Source: Phoronis australis (Eukaryota; Animalia; Phoronida). From it: 64,000 bases of DNA. Shown piece by piece: positions 1 through 14,100 of this stretch (position 1 is the first letter of the stretch; each line of letters opens with the position of its first letter). Location of the stretch: the NCBI GenBank assembly GCA_002633005.1, contig NMRA01000470.1, positions 268,219-332,218 of the forward strand. The letters run 5' to 3'. Position numbers and translations under genes: made by a program. The notes beneath the pieces are model-generated. The model ran no database searches. It was given only the letters and a program-made list of their open reading frames with translations, and had not been told where the DNA came from.

Positions 1-640
1 AACATTTACCAAAGATATTAGCTTGTTAGTTTTGTAGTGTAATCAACATCGCGCAGTGTATTACACACGACGTGTATCCAGAAGCAAATTACTATTTGAA
101 CTAATTAATTCGTTGTCCACGATGTTGTTGAATTTGAGAAAGAATAGTGCTGCGGAGATCAGCCGGAACATTACTGCTTAATATTGACGGCTTTGCACCG
201 ACGGGCGTGCAGGTGTACTCTAAATGTACTCGTGTATGTAACACTAAAGTGAACATGTACGTGTAGTTACATCTAATCGCAACGTCACCGATTAAGCAGG
301 AAATTTAAATTTAAACTTAAGAAAGAATGTTATATATGCCTTTATTATTGGAAATCTTTAATTCTACTGAACATTTACCGGTATACCAATTTTGTTCTTC
401 ACACTTTTCGGTAACGTTAATTCGTTATATTGTATCAACCCTACGTAACCGAAATCTAGGTTTTATGAATAAAAATGCGTTTATCTGAAAGTGCTCATGG
501 GCGTCTACAAGCTTTTTCGCTCACATGTACTGCAGTTTTTGCAGTCAGCACAGACAGGTAGAGAGTAAAGATGTTTGCATCAAATAAAAACGAGGTGCCC
601 TTATCCATAACCCACTTAGTTCTTGGTGCTCGGAAAGCAC

Positions 641-707
641 CATTAAGTGTAGACAGTGACCACTGCCTCTACCGCCAATAGGACGGTGGTCACTGTCTAC
701 GTTAGTG
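641..707. repeat. Inverted repeat / hairpin upstream of the promoter
   Basis: GTAGACAGTGACCAC (649-663) is the exact reverse complement of 686-700, with imperfect pairing inward and outward. Confidence 0.85.
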
Positions 708-949
708 AAGATGTGTGCGAAATCAGTGTTTGAGCGTACGTTTCAGCTATGCAGTGTGTTCTTAATTTCATGATGCTCTTTCTCTTCGTCAGCAAATTTG
801 TTTGAGTGATTGATCAACTATTAGAAAATTTGTTTTACAAACGGTTACGCAAGTAAATTTCCGAATCCATGGAGAAAATCAACATTCACATCCTGCTCAC
901 CCCTTGTAAACTTTTGAAAATGAACTTGTCCTGTGGTCCCTGGACGGAA

Positions 950-990
950 AGTGAAGTCACGTGATAATATCAGCCAATCACTATAAAATA
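950..990 (+). promoter_or_regulatory. Core promoter of the semaphorin gene (E-box, CCAAT box, TATA box)
   Basis: GTCACGTGA 956-964, CCAAT 974-978 and TATAAAA 982-988 in canonical order, ~120 bp upstream of a strong donor AAG|GTGAGT at 1106/1107; the region 1-1000 is CpG-rich relative to the introns. Confidence 0.6.
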
Positions 991-1009
991 ATTTACTATG
1001 CCTTAGGTA

Positions 1010-1106
1010 GCGTAAATCGGAGTTGTGGAAAGCTCAGGACATTTAAATTTTGGCCCACGAAGGCTGTTATTGGATTCAGTGCCTCAATGTTTTTGTAATT
1101 TTCAAG
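1010..1106 (+). other. Putative non-coding first exon (5' UTR) of the semaphorin gene; start approximate
   Basis: Begins ~25 bp after the TATA box and ends at consensus donor TTCAAG|GTGAGT; next acceptor TTGGTTTTTCAG at 2053 precedes the ATG exon. Contains a 3-codon uORF ATG TTT TTG TAA (1087-1098). Confidence 0.55.
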
Positions 1107-2062
1107 GTGAGTTTTTTTCTTTCCCAGAACCGTTTGAAGCTTAAAGTTTTTTCTGTACAAGGCATGGTTCTTGCATTACCTGCCTTGTTTACGACTGTAA
1201 GGTTGGCCTGTTACCCTGTTAACATTGTCATTTGCTTAGAGAGATGATAACGGGTGCACTTGGAAGAAATTGCTTTATGGTAGTTAAACTTCAGGAGGTA
1301 ATATGCCTATTCAATGTTTAGCCACTTAATCACTTGAACAAAGCATGATAAATTTTCTTGGGGTTGACCAGTTACCGTCAGAACCATAAGGCATTCAGAC
1401 TGTGTCTCGGTCAGGCTTTTACCTCACTTAGGCCTGCAAAACCTCTGCAGTCTGGTCAGTTTTTATGCTATTTATTGGTTGGCAGAGTTGAGCCGAACTT
1501 CAGGATAACAAACACTTTTTAAAGTTACACCTCATCCGGTTAGAGTTGACAGAATGTCTTCACTTAGTTAACCCTATTAACGTCAGGCTGTTAGTTGATT
1601 GAAATTGACACTGATTGATTCATAGATGAAAACCATCTATCCATAATCTGAAGTAAAAATATACTCCTGTATCACTCAAGCTAAGTGCAGTCAAATCTAT
1701 TTTTGTAATTTCCTTTGCCAAATAGAGCAATGCAGTATGTGTAACACAAATTTGCAAGATCCCAGGTAATTGTGAAAACAGTATCAACATCATAGGTCTT
1801 TGAAATGCCAGTCTTGTATTTTTATGAGAGCTTCAAATTAGAGTTCAAGAGTGTGAAAAACACCTTTTTCACATTCATATGTGGCATAAATCTGTTTCAT
1901 GGTTCTTGAATTAAAAAATGCCCCACCCCTCTTTCACATCTCTGCTGTTCACCATGTAGATCTTACTGAAAAAATTGTCTTACTAACTTCTAGGCATGTT
2001 ACCTCATATCTGTTGTTTGACTGTGTGCTTTGATCAGTACCTTGGTTTTTCAGATTTGTACC

Positions 2063-2165
2063 ATGACTTGTGTACAAGAGTTGAGCGTTCTGCTAGCTTC
2101 GTTATGGAGTTGTGTGGTCTGCTGGCAGACTCCTTCATCCCCTCTCACGTTCTACAGTTTTGTGG
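2063..2165 (+). CDS. Sema1a: Semaphorin coding exon 1 (start codon and signal peptide)
   Basis: Acceptor at 2053, ACCATG context, MTCVQELSVLLASLWSCVVCWQTPSSPLTFYSFV, phase-1 donor G|GTAAGT matching the phase-1 acceptor at 33150. Confidence 0.75.
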
Positions 2166-5100
2166 GTAAGTTTGGCCATATATCAGTTATGGGAGGAATA
2201 AACAATGAGGTTGGTTGTGTACTGGGAATTTCTGCATTCAAATATATTCTCATAGGTCTACATTTAGAAACTTATCTGAATACAAATTGAGCCTTTTTAT
2301 GGATACAAATTATAATTTACCATGCTTTGGAGAATTGAACCCTTAAATATTTACATAATCAGTGAGTGCCGAGCTTAATCAAGGCTTTGAGAAACGCAAC
2401 GTCTACGTCAACTGCTTTCTGGCAAATTATCAATACGGTTACATATTTCATTCCTCACTTTCTGTTTATCAGCTCATCTTGTTCCCGAAGGTGCACCTGG
2501 CTGAGTAATTGAATATAAGGTCTGGGACCAACTTTTAAGTGTTGCTGATACCAGTTCACCATATACAAGATGATCACTCTTCAGATGGTGATCTATAAGT
2601 TTCCATTCAAGAGACCATTGACACTCGCTAGCACAGGTGTAGACCTGCTTACATGCTCATTATGAGCTATCTAGCTCATTATATCTTATTAATGTCAGAC
2701 GGACATGTAAAACAGGGATTGTTTCCATGGCCGGTATTTGCGCTATGGCACACTAGGTACACAGCAATACAGCAATGTTTATCACGATGACCACACATAT
2801 TGTGGTCTTCACCAAATTTTTTGAAGAAATTTCGCAACATGTGACAGTTCGCGGAGTCCTGATTGTTAGCTTATTATGAAACCAATATTCTGCTAATTCG
2901 TTCCCAATGCCTGTGCATTACTGAATACCGTGGAGCAGAAGACGTGGAGCAGAAGACGTGGAGCAGAAGACGAGTAAAGTATTGAAACAGAAAGCACTTA
3001 GTGCAAATTCATTCCCTGTTTCAGTACATCACCGAATACCATAGTGCAGTAAATCTAACGTTTCTATTTCTGTTTCATGGAGAACAGGTGCTCCACTATC
3101 GTCACCGCTGACATGAATAACCTCTGACATGAACACTGATCTTTAATTTACCATTTGATGGCTGAAGTATCGTTTGGTGCTGACTGCAAATATCACTTCC
3201 CTAGCACACTCAATAGTACGGGTTACTGTTATAATACCTAAGACTTTTACACCTGTTATTTTTGTAATTACCAACACCATTATGTCGTCTTGCTATAGCA
3301 CCAAGTTAACTGATGTCCTTTTCTATGAAATAGCAGAATAATACTGTTGATTAAATCCTGAAAATCTACCAAGGCCATTGGTTTTGTTTGTAATAGAACT
3401 TCTTGCTCATGACTTAATTCAGATTTCTATGTAAAACTGGCCTATGCTCTTTACTCATTATTGGGAAATCAAGGTTGTAAATGATGCTGTCTGCCCCAAG
3501 TCCTTTGTCTGTCCTCAATATCCTATCAAGTTGCTGGTTAATTAAATCTGGGCTGTCTCATATAAACAGTCTGCTGGTTTCCAGCCTAGTTGCCCCTCTG
3601 TTCATTTTGTCTCTGTGGGACATTCCCATTCAAATCTACAGTATATATTTTTGGAGTTGCAGGGTGGGAAAAAATAGGGTGTCTGTGTCCTGGCCCTGTG
3701 TTGTTACTAATTTGGATGGTAAATCTGATTCCTGAATCAAATATGATGAAGCCCCAGACCTTTGTTACTGTGTCTTCTCATTCCTTTGTGATGGCATCCT
3801 TTCTTAGGAAAAAAGTGATGTGATGAGGCTTGTAGTAAAGTGTGCATGTGTTGGAATTAATCTGTGTCATTAGGGGTCCTCCACTTTACCTGAAATGTAC
3901 TGTATGTCGTTAATCAAGATTTTTATGTTTGAAACTGCATCAAGTGAGTACGCCCTGCAAAACGTTTCCGCTGTCTATGAATGCAGTGTTCTCTGGGCTC
4001 TCACTAAAAAAGAAGTTTTTGATGTGCAGCACATTGCACCGCTCTTTGTAGATGGTTCTTCATTGTGAAACACCTGCGAGGCCACACTGCCCCGTGTTCA
4101 ACTGTGCAAACAATTTGTCTTTGCTAGAGCCAAGTCCTTGATAAGGGACAAATTTATATAGCGTGAAGGTTAATATTTGACCAACAAGGCACCTAGTTGT
4201 CTAACTTTGACTTGACATTGTATACTACTTCTTTTCACCCACTGGTACACCTGGGGCTCATGCACTTGGGGGGTCAACAAAATTAATTACTGTTGAAGAT
4301 TGCCCCTGCAGTCAAAATCCAGACCAACGTATACTTTAACAAACTGAAGAATAGGTGAACGCTTACAACATTAAGGCGTCATAATTTTTTTAGATCTAAA
4401 CAACCATCTGTATATGCAATTGTCTCAACAATAAACCTAGAAAAGTGCAATGTTCTCCACAACAGAAAATTCAAACTCCAAGAGCATTGCAAGATTTATG
4501 AATATGTTAGAAATTTACATTACCTCATTGTTGGGTTTATGTATAAAACCATGGTGTTAGCTAAATGAAACATCCAACATCGTCCAAATTTAGTGAAGAA
4601 ATGACTATGCTAAAGTCTCACCTATTCGGAACAAAATATGGCGGACAGGTGAAATTTTATTTTCTCATTGTACCACAAGTGATATATATCCGGTAGTACC
4701 AAAACGAAACTTTGTCATATTCAAGTTCCGTGCCATAGACAGTATTTTGAAAATGTGTGGACACCAATGTAAAAAGCCATTGAAAAATGAAAACATTGCT
4801 GTTTTGGATTTTCTTGCAACTTTCAACAGAGAACTTGTTGATTGGTCAAACTCAATGCATTGCTTTTCAAGCTTGATGCTCCTGATTGTCATTGCCTTCA
4901 TAGTGTTTTCCACATTGAGTTGCAGTTAAGGCGATGTAATGCCATGCACATTACGAAATGTGGGACTGGCCCTATACGCAAAACACAAAACTGCACCCTG
5001 TCTGTACCAGTAACTTGAACTATCCCTAAGCTGGAGCCTGGAGGTCCTAAAGTTAGTGATACCAGAAATGACTTGGTACCTCACCTGAGTTTGGGGCTCA

Positions 5101-8100
5101 CCAAACTGAAGATTGAAGACATAGCAATGATTTTGACCAAACATATTCATTCACACACACTCAGATGTTAGGTGTTTTGAAATGTAAGTTTTACTTATGA
5201 GGATGCATAATATTATGCTTGAGGCACTGCAATAATAGAGCAAAAGCCTTCAGTGCATCTCTGGCCATTTACTATTGTTTATCTCAATAGCCAATGTTTG
5301 TTTGTCATCTAATGGTAATTTTATTTGTACATTTAACTTATTCAAAGTCATGACTACAACAGGTCCTAATCTCAAACACTAATAATGTGTGGCCACATAT
5401 ATCTCTAGCAAGGCAAGGCTTACCTCACCTTTGTGCCAATTGTTCATGTATAAAATGCACCTGTGTTGCAATGCAATCTCAGTTGGGCTCATTGCCACTG
5501 TTTTAATAGGGCATAAATCCCTGACACCTGACAAAATTTGGTCATCACCATGGCAATGTATTGTTCCTGTTCCCTGGGTATTGATTTCTGAAATCAACCC
5601 CTAATTCTCTTTTGTGTATTTGCTGTTTGGACTTCAGTGGAGGTTTGCCTGAGATTTGACAATTTGTCTGCATCTTCACAAGAGAAAGCTAATCAGTTGT
5701 GCTAGACACTACATCGACTTCGAATACTACAAGAACATTTTTACGTGACACAATTTCCCAGCATATTTACAAATTAATACGAACATCATAAGATGTCTTC
5801 ATCCATTGTCAAAGAGCACCTATGTTACATTGTGAAGTATAAGTAGCATACTAGCATAATACCCTAGTGAGCTCACACTTTCATTATCATCCGGTTCTGG
5901 CACATTGCCAACTTTTACACTGTTCAGGTGGATTGTGTAATATTACAATTATATAATAATGCTAACACTCANCAATAGCCAATGTTTGTTTGTCATCTAA
6001 TGGTAATTTTATTTGTACATTTAACTTATTCAAAGTCATGACTACAACAGGTCCTAATCTCAAACACTAATAATGTGTGGCCACATATATCTCTAGCAAG
6101 GCAAGGCTTACCTCACCTTTGTGCCAATTGTTCATGTATAAAATGCACCTGTGTTGCAATGCAATCTCAGTTGGGCTCATTGCCACTGTTTTAATAGGGC
6201 ATAAATCCCTGACACCTGACAAAATTTGGTCATCACCATGGCAATGTATTGTTACTGTTCCCTGGGTATTGATTTCTGAAATCAACCCCTAATTCTCTTT
6301 TGTGTGTTTGCTGTTTGGACTTCAGTGGAGGTTTGCCTGAAATTTGACAATTTGTGTGCATCTTCACAAGAGAAAGCTAACCAGTTGTGCCAGACACTAC
6401 ATCGACTTCGAGTACTACAAGAACAATTTCCCGGCATATTTACAAATTAATACGAACATCATAAAATGTCTTCATCCATTGCCAAAGAGCACCTATGTTA
6501 CATTGTGAAGTATAAGTAGCATACTAGCATAATACCCTAGTGAGCTCACACTTTCATTATCATCCGGTTCTGGCACATTGCCAACTTTTACACTGTTCAG
6601 GTGGATTGAGTAATATTACAATTATATAATAATGCTAACACTCACCAATGGCCCTTATCAAAGTGTGAAAATAGGTGCTGCCAGATGCGATACCTATCTG
6701 CTCCATTACAATTCAGTTGTCAGTTTTCTGAAAACACCTCTAGATGAATTTAGAGAAGACACAACTAAAAATGCTGTAGACATGCAGTGTTCAGGGCTTA
6801 CAGTGGACATGTTCCTTGAAAAATTGTGGTTGGGCCTCCCTTGTGACATACACTTTGTTGCCAGATATACATCTTGGTTAAGGAAATTATCGTGGTCTGA
6901 ATGCTGTGTCCAAGACCCCAGTTGCCTCAGTGCAAGTTCCCCTGGGAGAAACTTGTCCCTGACTAGCTAAGCATGCACACAACATATTTGACATAAAGTG
7001 TCAAGACACAGTGATCAAAATTTATTCTGCATAGGCAGATTTGGGGAGGGACCCAGGGGGCCCGCCCCCTTGGAACAGCAACAGCGTGAAGCGTGAGGAA
7101 ATATTGAGTAACTAGGATCGGTAGCGGAGAATGGGGCTCAGACCCTGGATCACGGCATGCCCGTTCGTTTTTTTTAATCCACCATTAGATTTTCTGAAAA
7201 GAAGGTTGACATGCCCGGTATCCGCAACTTAGGGCCTGTGCTATGCATACAATCGCGTTTTGCCCAATTCCCTGAGACAACATGTATGTTGGGCCCCCCT
7301 TATGGTATCCTAGATTTGCCACTGTTCTGCACATGAGTTCTGGTAAGATGTCACCAATTTAGAACACTAAATGGCATACAAGTGAAATTTAAGTTCTTCA
7401 CTTTTCATTAATGATAAGTAGCACCAAATCAATGCTTTAAATATTACCTTTAGGTTCAATAACAAAGCTACCAATGTACAATGCTTTGAGAGACTGTGGA
7501 CACTAACAACCAATTTGCAAGTCTTTGAGAAATGAAAAAAGTCAATTTTGCAATTATTTTTGTCCAAAATTGGTGAGATTTTATTGTACAGGCGGAAAGT
7601 GTTAAGCTGTGCCTTGAAATTTTACTTTGATATTAAAAGCACTTTAACTTAAAAGATATTACAGAATACAATTTACCATACTAATGCCTGTTAACATCCA
7701 GAGAACAATATTTACTCACATAGTCACAAAGTATGGGTATTCTCTTATTGTAATCGGGTTGAAACACTGTCATTACTGAATGATAAGCAAATTTTAGATG
7801 TTTCAGGCCTAAACGCATTAGTGGCAGATGACGGGCATTCTTAAAGATGTGATTGCTTTTAAGGAAGATTCAGTGGTGTAAATTAGGTAAAACCGCATAA
7901 ATATAGGAAGACAAAACGTTTTATGAAATTGTAATTAAAACGTATCTCTTTCTCAAAATGTGTAACAGACTGCAAGACAAGATGGAATCAAGGTCTCAAA
8001 GTCTGTGCATATGGTCAAACATGGAGCATTTGTGGGCATTTGAAAATGAAAGTTTTGAAGTTTTGGGAGTGGTTGTTAAACCAAACGTGGGTGTTACCTT

Positions 8101-11100
8101 GAGTGCAGTAAAAAGACATTACCTCAAATAAAGGTGTCTCTTGTTATGCAACTTCTAATTAAAGGGCTTGCATAATCCAGAAAGGGAAATTCAAGAGTGT
8201 GGGTGTACCACACCTCGTGCATTCAACATGTAGTCTTGGAAAGTTTTTGGCGAATTACACAATGAAGTCATAAAAAGGCCATAGCAATAAAATATGTGCA
8301 GTACTCAAGGACCACTTCCATCCATATTTCTTGAGTGGCTGACCACTTTGTCACTGGTGGCTAGGTATTATATAATAAGATCACTCGTGGTGAATTACCC
8401 CTTATTAGCCATATATAGAACATAATGAATGCTTTCTCTCCTGTTCTGATGCTTATCAACTGGTCTCATCAACTTTGGCTAATGAATAGCAGCTTGCTGT
8501 CATAATTAGAAGCAAGATGTTCTGTTCCCTAAAGATCAGTTCATTAGCTCTGAGTGTCACTAGGGAGAAGTTGGTCTTCACAACATCTTTGGTCATTGTT
8601 GGCTACTTGAGGGGTGTGGGGAGGGAGTAGTAGAGTGTGTTGGTAGAACACCTCATTTAGGGAGTGGATGCGGAAAAAGGACCCACTTGTAGGGAACGTC
8701 TGTGAAAAACTCACCCTTTTGTAGGGTTTTGTTCTAGAAACACTGCATTTTTGCTAGAGTTGATTTTCTAAAGCAAAACCTTTCAAAAGGATTTTGTCCA
8801 GTGGAAACAACGTAAGAAATTTCACGTTAAAAAATCTTCTGCAACATATTTTTTAAAAATGAGCTAATAGAACTTTTCTATATTGATTTGTAATTGAAAA
8901 AGGAACCTTTTGTGTAGTTTCAAACACCCCAAACAAACCTTTTTGCGGGGAGTTTTGTCATAACATCTACCCTTTCCTTGAAATTTTGTCAGAAAAGGCA
9001 CCCTCTTGTGGGGATTGGGGAACTGGTCTTGAAAAATGCACCCATCTGAGCATCTCTACCTGTACACTACATCTATCCCTGGATCATTACTAAAATCTGT
9101 TAATGAAATGTGGATAAGTGCTTATATTTGTTAGGAAGCCTCTGCTTTGTATCCTGGTTGCCAAAATTATGGTCAGCGTCTATCATTGTTAATTTTCATT
9201 TTCCCTTTCCCTTCTGAAATGCAAACTGTCAACAGACTGCAATCATAAGTCCTCTTGATTTGTCTGGGTAAATAACCCTCTATACCCTTTCTAGTGTTTG
9301 TGTGCAGAGGGCTTTAGTCCCAGGCACCTTTTCATCAGTGTTGCATGGACCATTCAGCCTTGTCTTTCTATTCTCCAATTGTGTGTGACTCTCCATCACT
9401 GTGCTTTTGCTTCAGTTATCCTTTTCAACCAAAATAAGTATTGAAAGTTGTTTTGCTCTACCTGGGTTATATGGTACTCAACACCTGAGCATCTTCCTTA
9501 TGGGATGAATTCCTCGAAATCCAAGTCATTCTTAGATACTGGGCATATTGTCATAACTCTTGTCCCCAGTGACACGATTGTATTCATGCATTGACATGGA
9601 ATGCTGAACTTCCTTTTGAAAATATGTTGTAATTTGTTAGCATTTGTTTTATGTTGTACAGAGTTAATATAATTTAAAATTAGTAACAATGAGTATCTGC
9701 AGATTTAGCACAGAATTCCTACACTGAACTTTGAACACTATTCTCACTCAGCCATCAAAAACCAAATCCTCATTTGCAAATGGCTTTCTGTGAATATTCA
9801 CATTCGAAATCAATCAAGAGACATCATCAAAACTAAATTGGAATCTGTTTATACATTTTTTTCAAGGCACATCGATACATGTGATGAATATGTCAGACAT
9901 TTCATGTACACTCCAGATTTAGTTGAGGATGCAAATGCTCTTTGAGTCTAGAACAGGACTTGAACATCCGATATGATCTTGAACAGACAAATCGATGGAA
10001 TGACTAAGACACAACTCAAGTAAATGTCATTAGTTTAACTCATCAGAGAGGATAACTTGCATGCTGTATTGCCCATAAACAAATTTACATTATACGCCCT
10101 AATGGAGAATAGCTTTAGAGATGAGAGTAATAATTGGTGGATGAGTGGGTAATGGTCACTTATAGTGGTCCCGACTGGTCCCGTGCTTCTGAGAACCCAG
10201 TTTTCTCCACTGAATAACCGTGGGCGGCGCACCATGGGGGCTGGGAGGGGGGCTATAGCCCTCACTTTTTCCAGTGCTGTGCCGCCCATGGTTTATGGGC
10301 GGTGTACCACAGTGCTGCGCCTCCTATAACGGACATCTAACTGGCTCTCATTAACTCCTATAAATGTCTAGTGCTAGTGAGTGAGTGTCATTAAATATTC
10401 ACAAATGTCTTAGCGCTGTTCTTTCAAAAATATTTTGGCAAGCTTTTTTTTCCTAAATTACCCTGTCTTGTGTCAATTACGTATGCAGACAAGGAACTGG
10501 TATCACATTTGCTAGTTTCAAGGTCTTCGTGATTGTCTTAATGCTTTCTATGCACATCTTAACATGCTAAGTGTGAACTCTTTACTTAATAAGTACCGTA
10601 TATGACTTTTGACACTCACATTACATTGGACCATTCACGCTCTTACCCAAGTGAGTACATGATTTTTGTCATCTTACCACTCAAATTATCAATCAGGACA
10701 TTATGACATGCCCAGGTCAGGTTTCAGATACTGTTAGTCAAGGGTTATGTAAATAGTTCTAGTGATTTCATATGAGCAAAGGACATTTCTTGTACCAAGT
10801 CATACCAGCCTAGAATTTGTACTAACAATCATTACACATGCTTTTAAACATGTCAAGAATCAGCATGGGTTTATTTTTGCGCTGAGCTACTATTTAATTA
10901 ATGCTGTTTCACTGAGCTGTTGTCACTAAGATTTTGGTACTCATAGTGTCTTTTGTCAAGGTTTTAAGGTCCAAGGCCCTTATTAATCCCATACAGTTAG
11001 TGGTAACTTCTCTACTATTGGAACTTCGATGTTAACTGTGGTTAGCCGCGAAGTTAAGTGTTAGTGTTCCCATCAACTTCATAGTTATAGTTCAGCGAAA

Positions 11101-14100
11101 GTATTGCAAGGCGGTGCCTTGCTTTTTTGACAGTTCTTGCCAACAAAAATGGCAAAGACCTTTCCTCAGATAGAAACTAGAAGGTCAACTTCACAAGACA
11201 GCCAACAGTTGCCATGTTGGGACGATGACAATGTATTAGAAAACGACATTTAAAAAATTTGACTCTTGTGCAGACAAACAGCTTATCCAATCAAAGGCAG
11301 TATGGTGTGGTGGGAACTCATTGTGTATACTACATACTCAGAATCCAGCAAATACATGGATAAATTGAAACAGAATGGTTAAACCACCAAAATAATAATT
11401 ATTAGAACAAAATATTAACAAATAGTAACCAGTAACTGTCCACTGTTGGCAAACGCAGGCGGTTACCCCTATCGACAACTTCGATGGCATCAAAGTTAAG
11501 TATTCCCATTGTCCCACTGTCGATGCTTCGCTGTTAAAAGACACCTCTTTACTTCGGAGTTAACTGATGCTGTTAACTTTGGTTCAAGACTATTGACCGA
11601 AGCTTCGGAGGCTGTGGGACGGGCCTTATAGTCTTACACACTAGACAAACTTATGCTAGGTTCACATGGGTGACAGGAACACTAGCAGTTTTTCAGATGA
11701 GTGTTTTCATCAGATGGATTTGCTGTCTGCATAGTTTTAATTTTCACCAGGAATTAGTTTATTCGCCGTTGGCATTGCTTTTATAGTGAACACCATCCAT
11801 GTACGTACATGCCCTTTAGACTAAGTGATTTGGCTTCAGCAGTGCTAACAAAACACTAGCAGTGTTGGGGTAATTCATACTGCCATCAAAGTGCCAGTGA
11901 AAATGACACCTCCAACCGTTCACTTCACTGGTGTTTTTGCAAGTGGCAAAAAATGTAGCGTTTTAGCCAGTTTGAAGACACCAGAGCAACTTCAGCTATT
12001 ATTGTGTACCTTACTGCCACCTGGTGGGATTCTGTGAAGCTAGTTTCTAATTGGTTCCTCAGTTTCTCGGATTCTAGAATCCAAGAAACTCTCCTGAGTG
12101 AATGAAATGCTCTTATTGTTGTTGATCGCCATTTAATTTCATCTTTGCTGAAGTGTTGAAATGTACAATGAAGTTGAGAAGAACTTGTAATTTTTTTATT
12201 TTTAATGTTTTTCTAACAGTGTCCCTTTACCATTTTTGCTTCAAAATTTTCCAATGTCCAACAAAAATGGACATTTTTGAAAATGCTGGTCCTGTGATGT
12301 TAACTGTCTTGTTTGTTGTTTTATAGGTCTGGCTATTAAATTGTTTCTTCCCCCTGTATCACACATGGCCAGGTGTGAGGCTCATTTTCATGGTAATAAT
12401 GTTGAATTACATGCCCATGTGGCCTTGTATTACTGTCAAATGACAGCCTGCTTGAGTGACATGATGCATGCATCCCAACCATAAGTGACATCACTTTTCA
12501 GATCACAGCACTTGAAGTCAGTCAACATAGCAGCTGCACAGATTGTGATCACAAAAATATTTTGGATGAAGTGGAGCTTAAAATACTTAAAAGTTGGATC
12601 ACCAGTAACAAACCATTGGGAATATCAATGTTCTGTCTTGAAACCTACTTGAGCAGTGTTATGAGTGGATCAATGGCATACAACACTGAAGTTCTTTACT
12701 TATTTAGCACACACTGTGGCCAACAAGTGGAATTCTATTTTGTCAAATTTCTATACAAAAATAGAGATAAAAATTTTAAGCTATTACCGGCATGTACTAT
12801 GTAGACGCCATAGCGCATTACTTTTGGTAATCTTTTGCAATAAAGTAATCACCTTTAGACAAATGGGAAAATGACTTTTTTGGCAATTATTTTTGTGCAA
12901 AAATAAGTAAAGAATTACTGTACATAACAAAAGTAATCGGACAAAATTATGCGGTCTCGTCGTCGTGATGGCTTATTCTGTTTACAGCAAAAATGAGAGA
13001 TGATTACTTAGGTTATGGCCACAAAACTTACATCTATTTACAGAGTGGATTAGTCATGCACAATGTCATCGTCACTAACTTTCTTCTTAATTCTCCTTAA
13101 TTCTCAGTCCTGAAGGATGGCTGCTTTGAGGATGAATTCAGCTTCCACCCAGCAGTCATGACAAGGAATACCAGGTCATTTGTCCGAATGTTTTTGCATG
13201 TATTGTACATCCTGAATGTAGTTTTGTATATGACCTTCTGGTTGTAGAACAGTCTCTTCCAAAGTTAAGTAATGTCTAAAGATTAACTCTTGGTTATACC
13301 AAAGATCATGATTCATTTCCAAATAACATACAAAAATGGATTTAATTTGAATTTCTATTTTATTTGCCAAACCGGTTTGTAGCAAGTTTAAGGCTCAAGT
13401 TCCCATACAACACCCATGTCTTCATGGTGTTCTTTCAGCTCCCCAAAAAACCACAAATCTTGTGCTGTCTACAATTTGTCTATTTTCATTCCACTGTGCC
13501 AGTTGAGTGGCTTGAATGCTGATTAATCCAAGTTACTCTTCAGGTAGGCTGCAGAGTTGGTTTACAAAAACACCACTCTTTCAGAAGTGAACTCCATCAA
13601 AGTGGACAAAAAAAATTTTTATCCATCAAGATTGAAACAGTGCAGGAAAAGATATGCCATTTTGCCAAAAGTTTAAAAAAACATTGATAACTTTAAAAGC
13701 CATTATATACATTTGTAAATATGAATCTTTTGTAGAGTTTCAGACTTTCAAGTTGAACCCTGCTTTATGGATTTTTTCAGAAAAGACTGCTTTATGGAGG
13801 GAAACGAGTCATTAAGAAGTCCCCCTTCTGACGAGCATGTCCTAATGCTCACTTGAGCATTAATCTGGTGAAGCATAATTTTTTGTTTTTCTGAGCAAAA
13901 TTCTAAACTGGTCTCTTTTTTGGGTGGAGTGTGAATGAAGTTATACAAATAATCTGCTGTATTGCAACAAGCTCGGGTGGGTCGTCATGGAGTTGAAATA
14001 AATGTGTCTGCACACAGTAATCAGTGCTCTTGAGTTTCTTAGAAGAGGAAAGGGTTCAATATTAAATTTGACAAAACTAACTAGTCTTGCTTATCAAATC

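Noticed and set aside
5379-6292. Duplicated 71-72 aa ORFs as a tandem gene pair
   Set aside because: Chance ORFs with alternative starts inside the n-centred duplication; no recognisable protein features.
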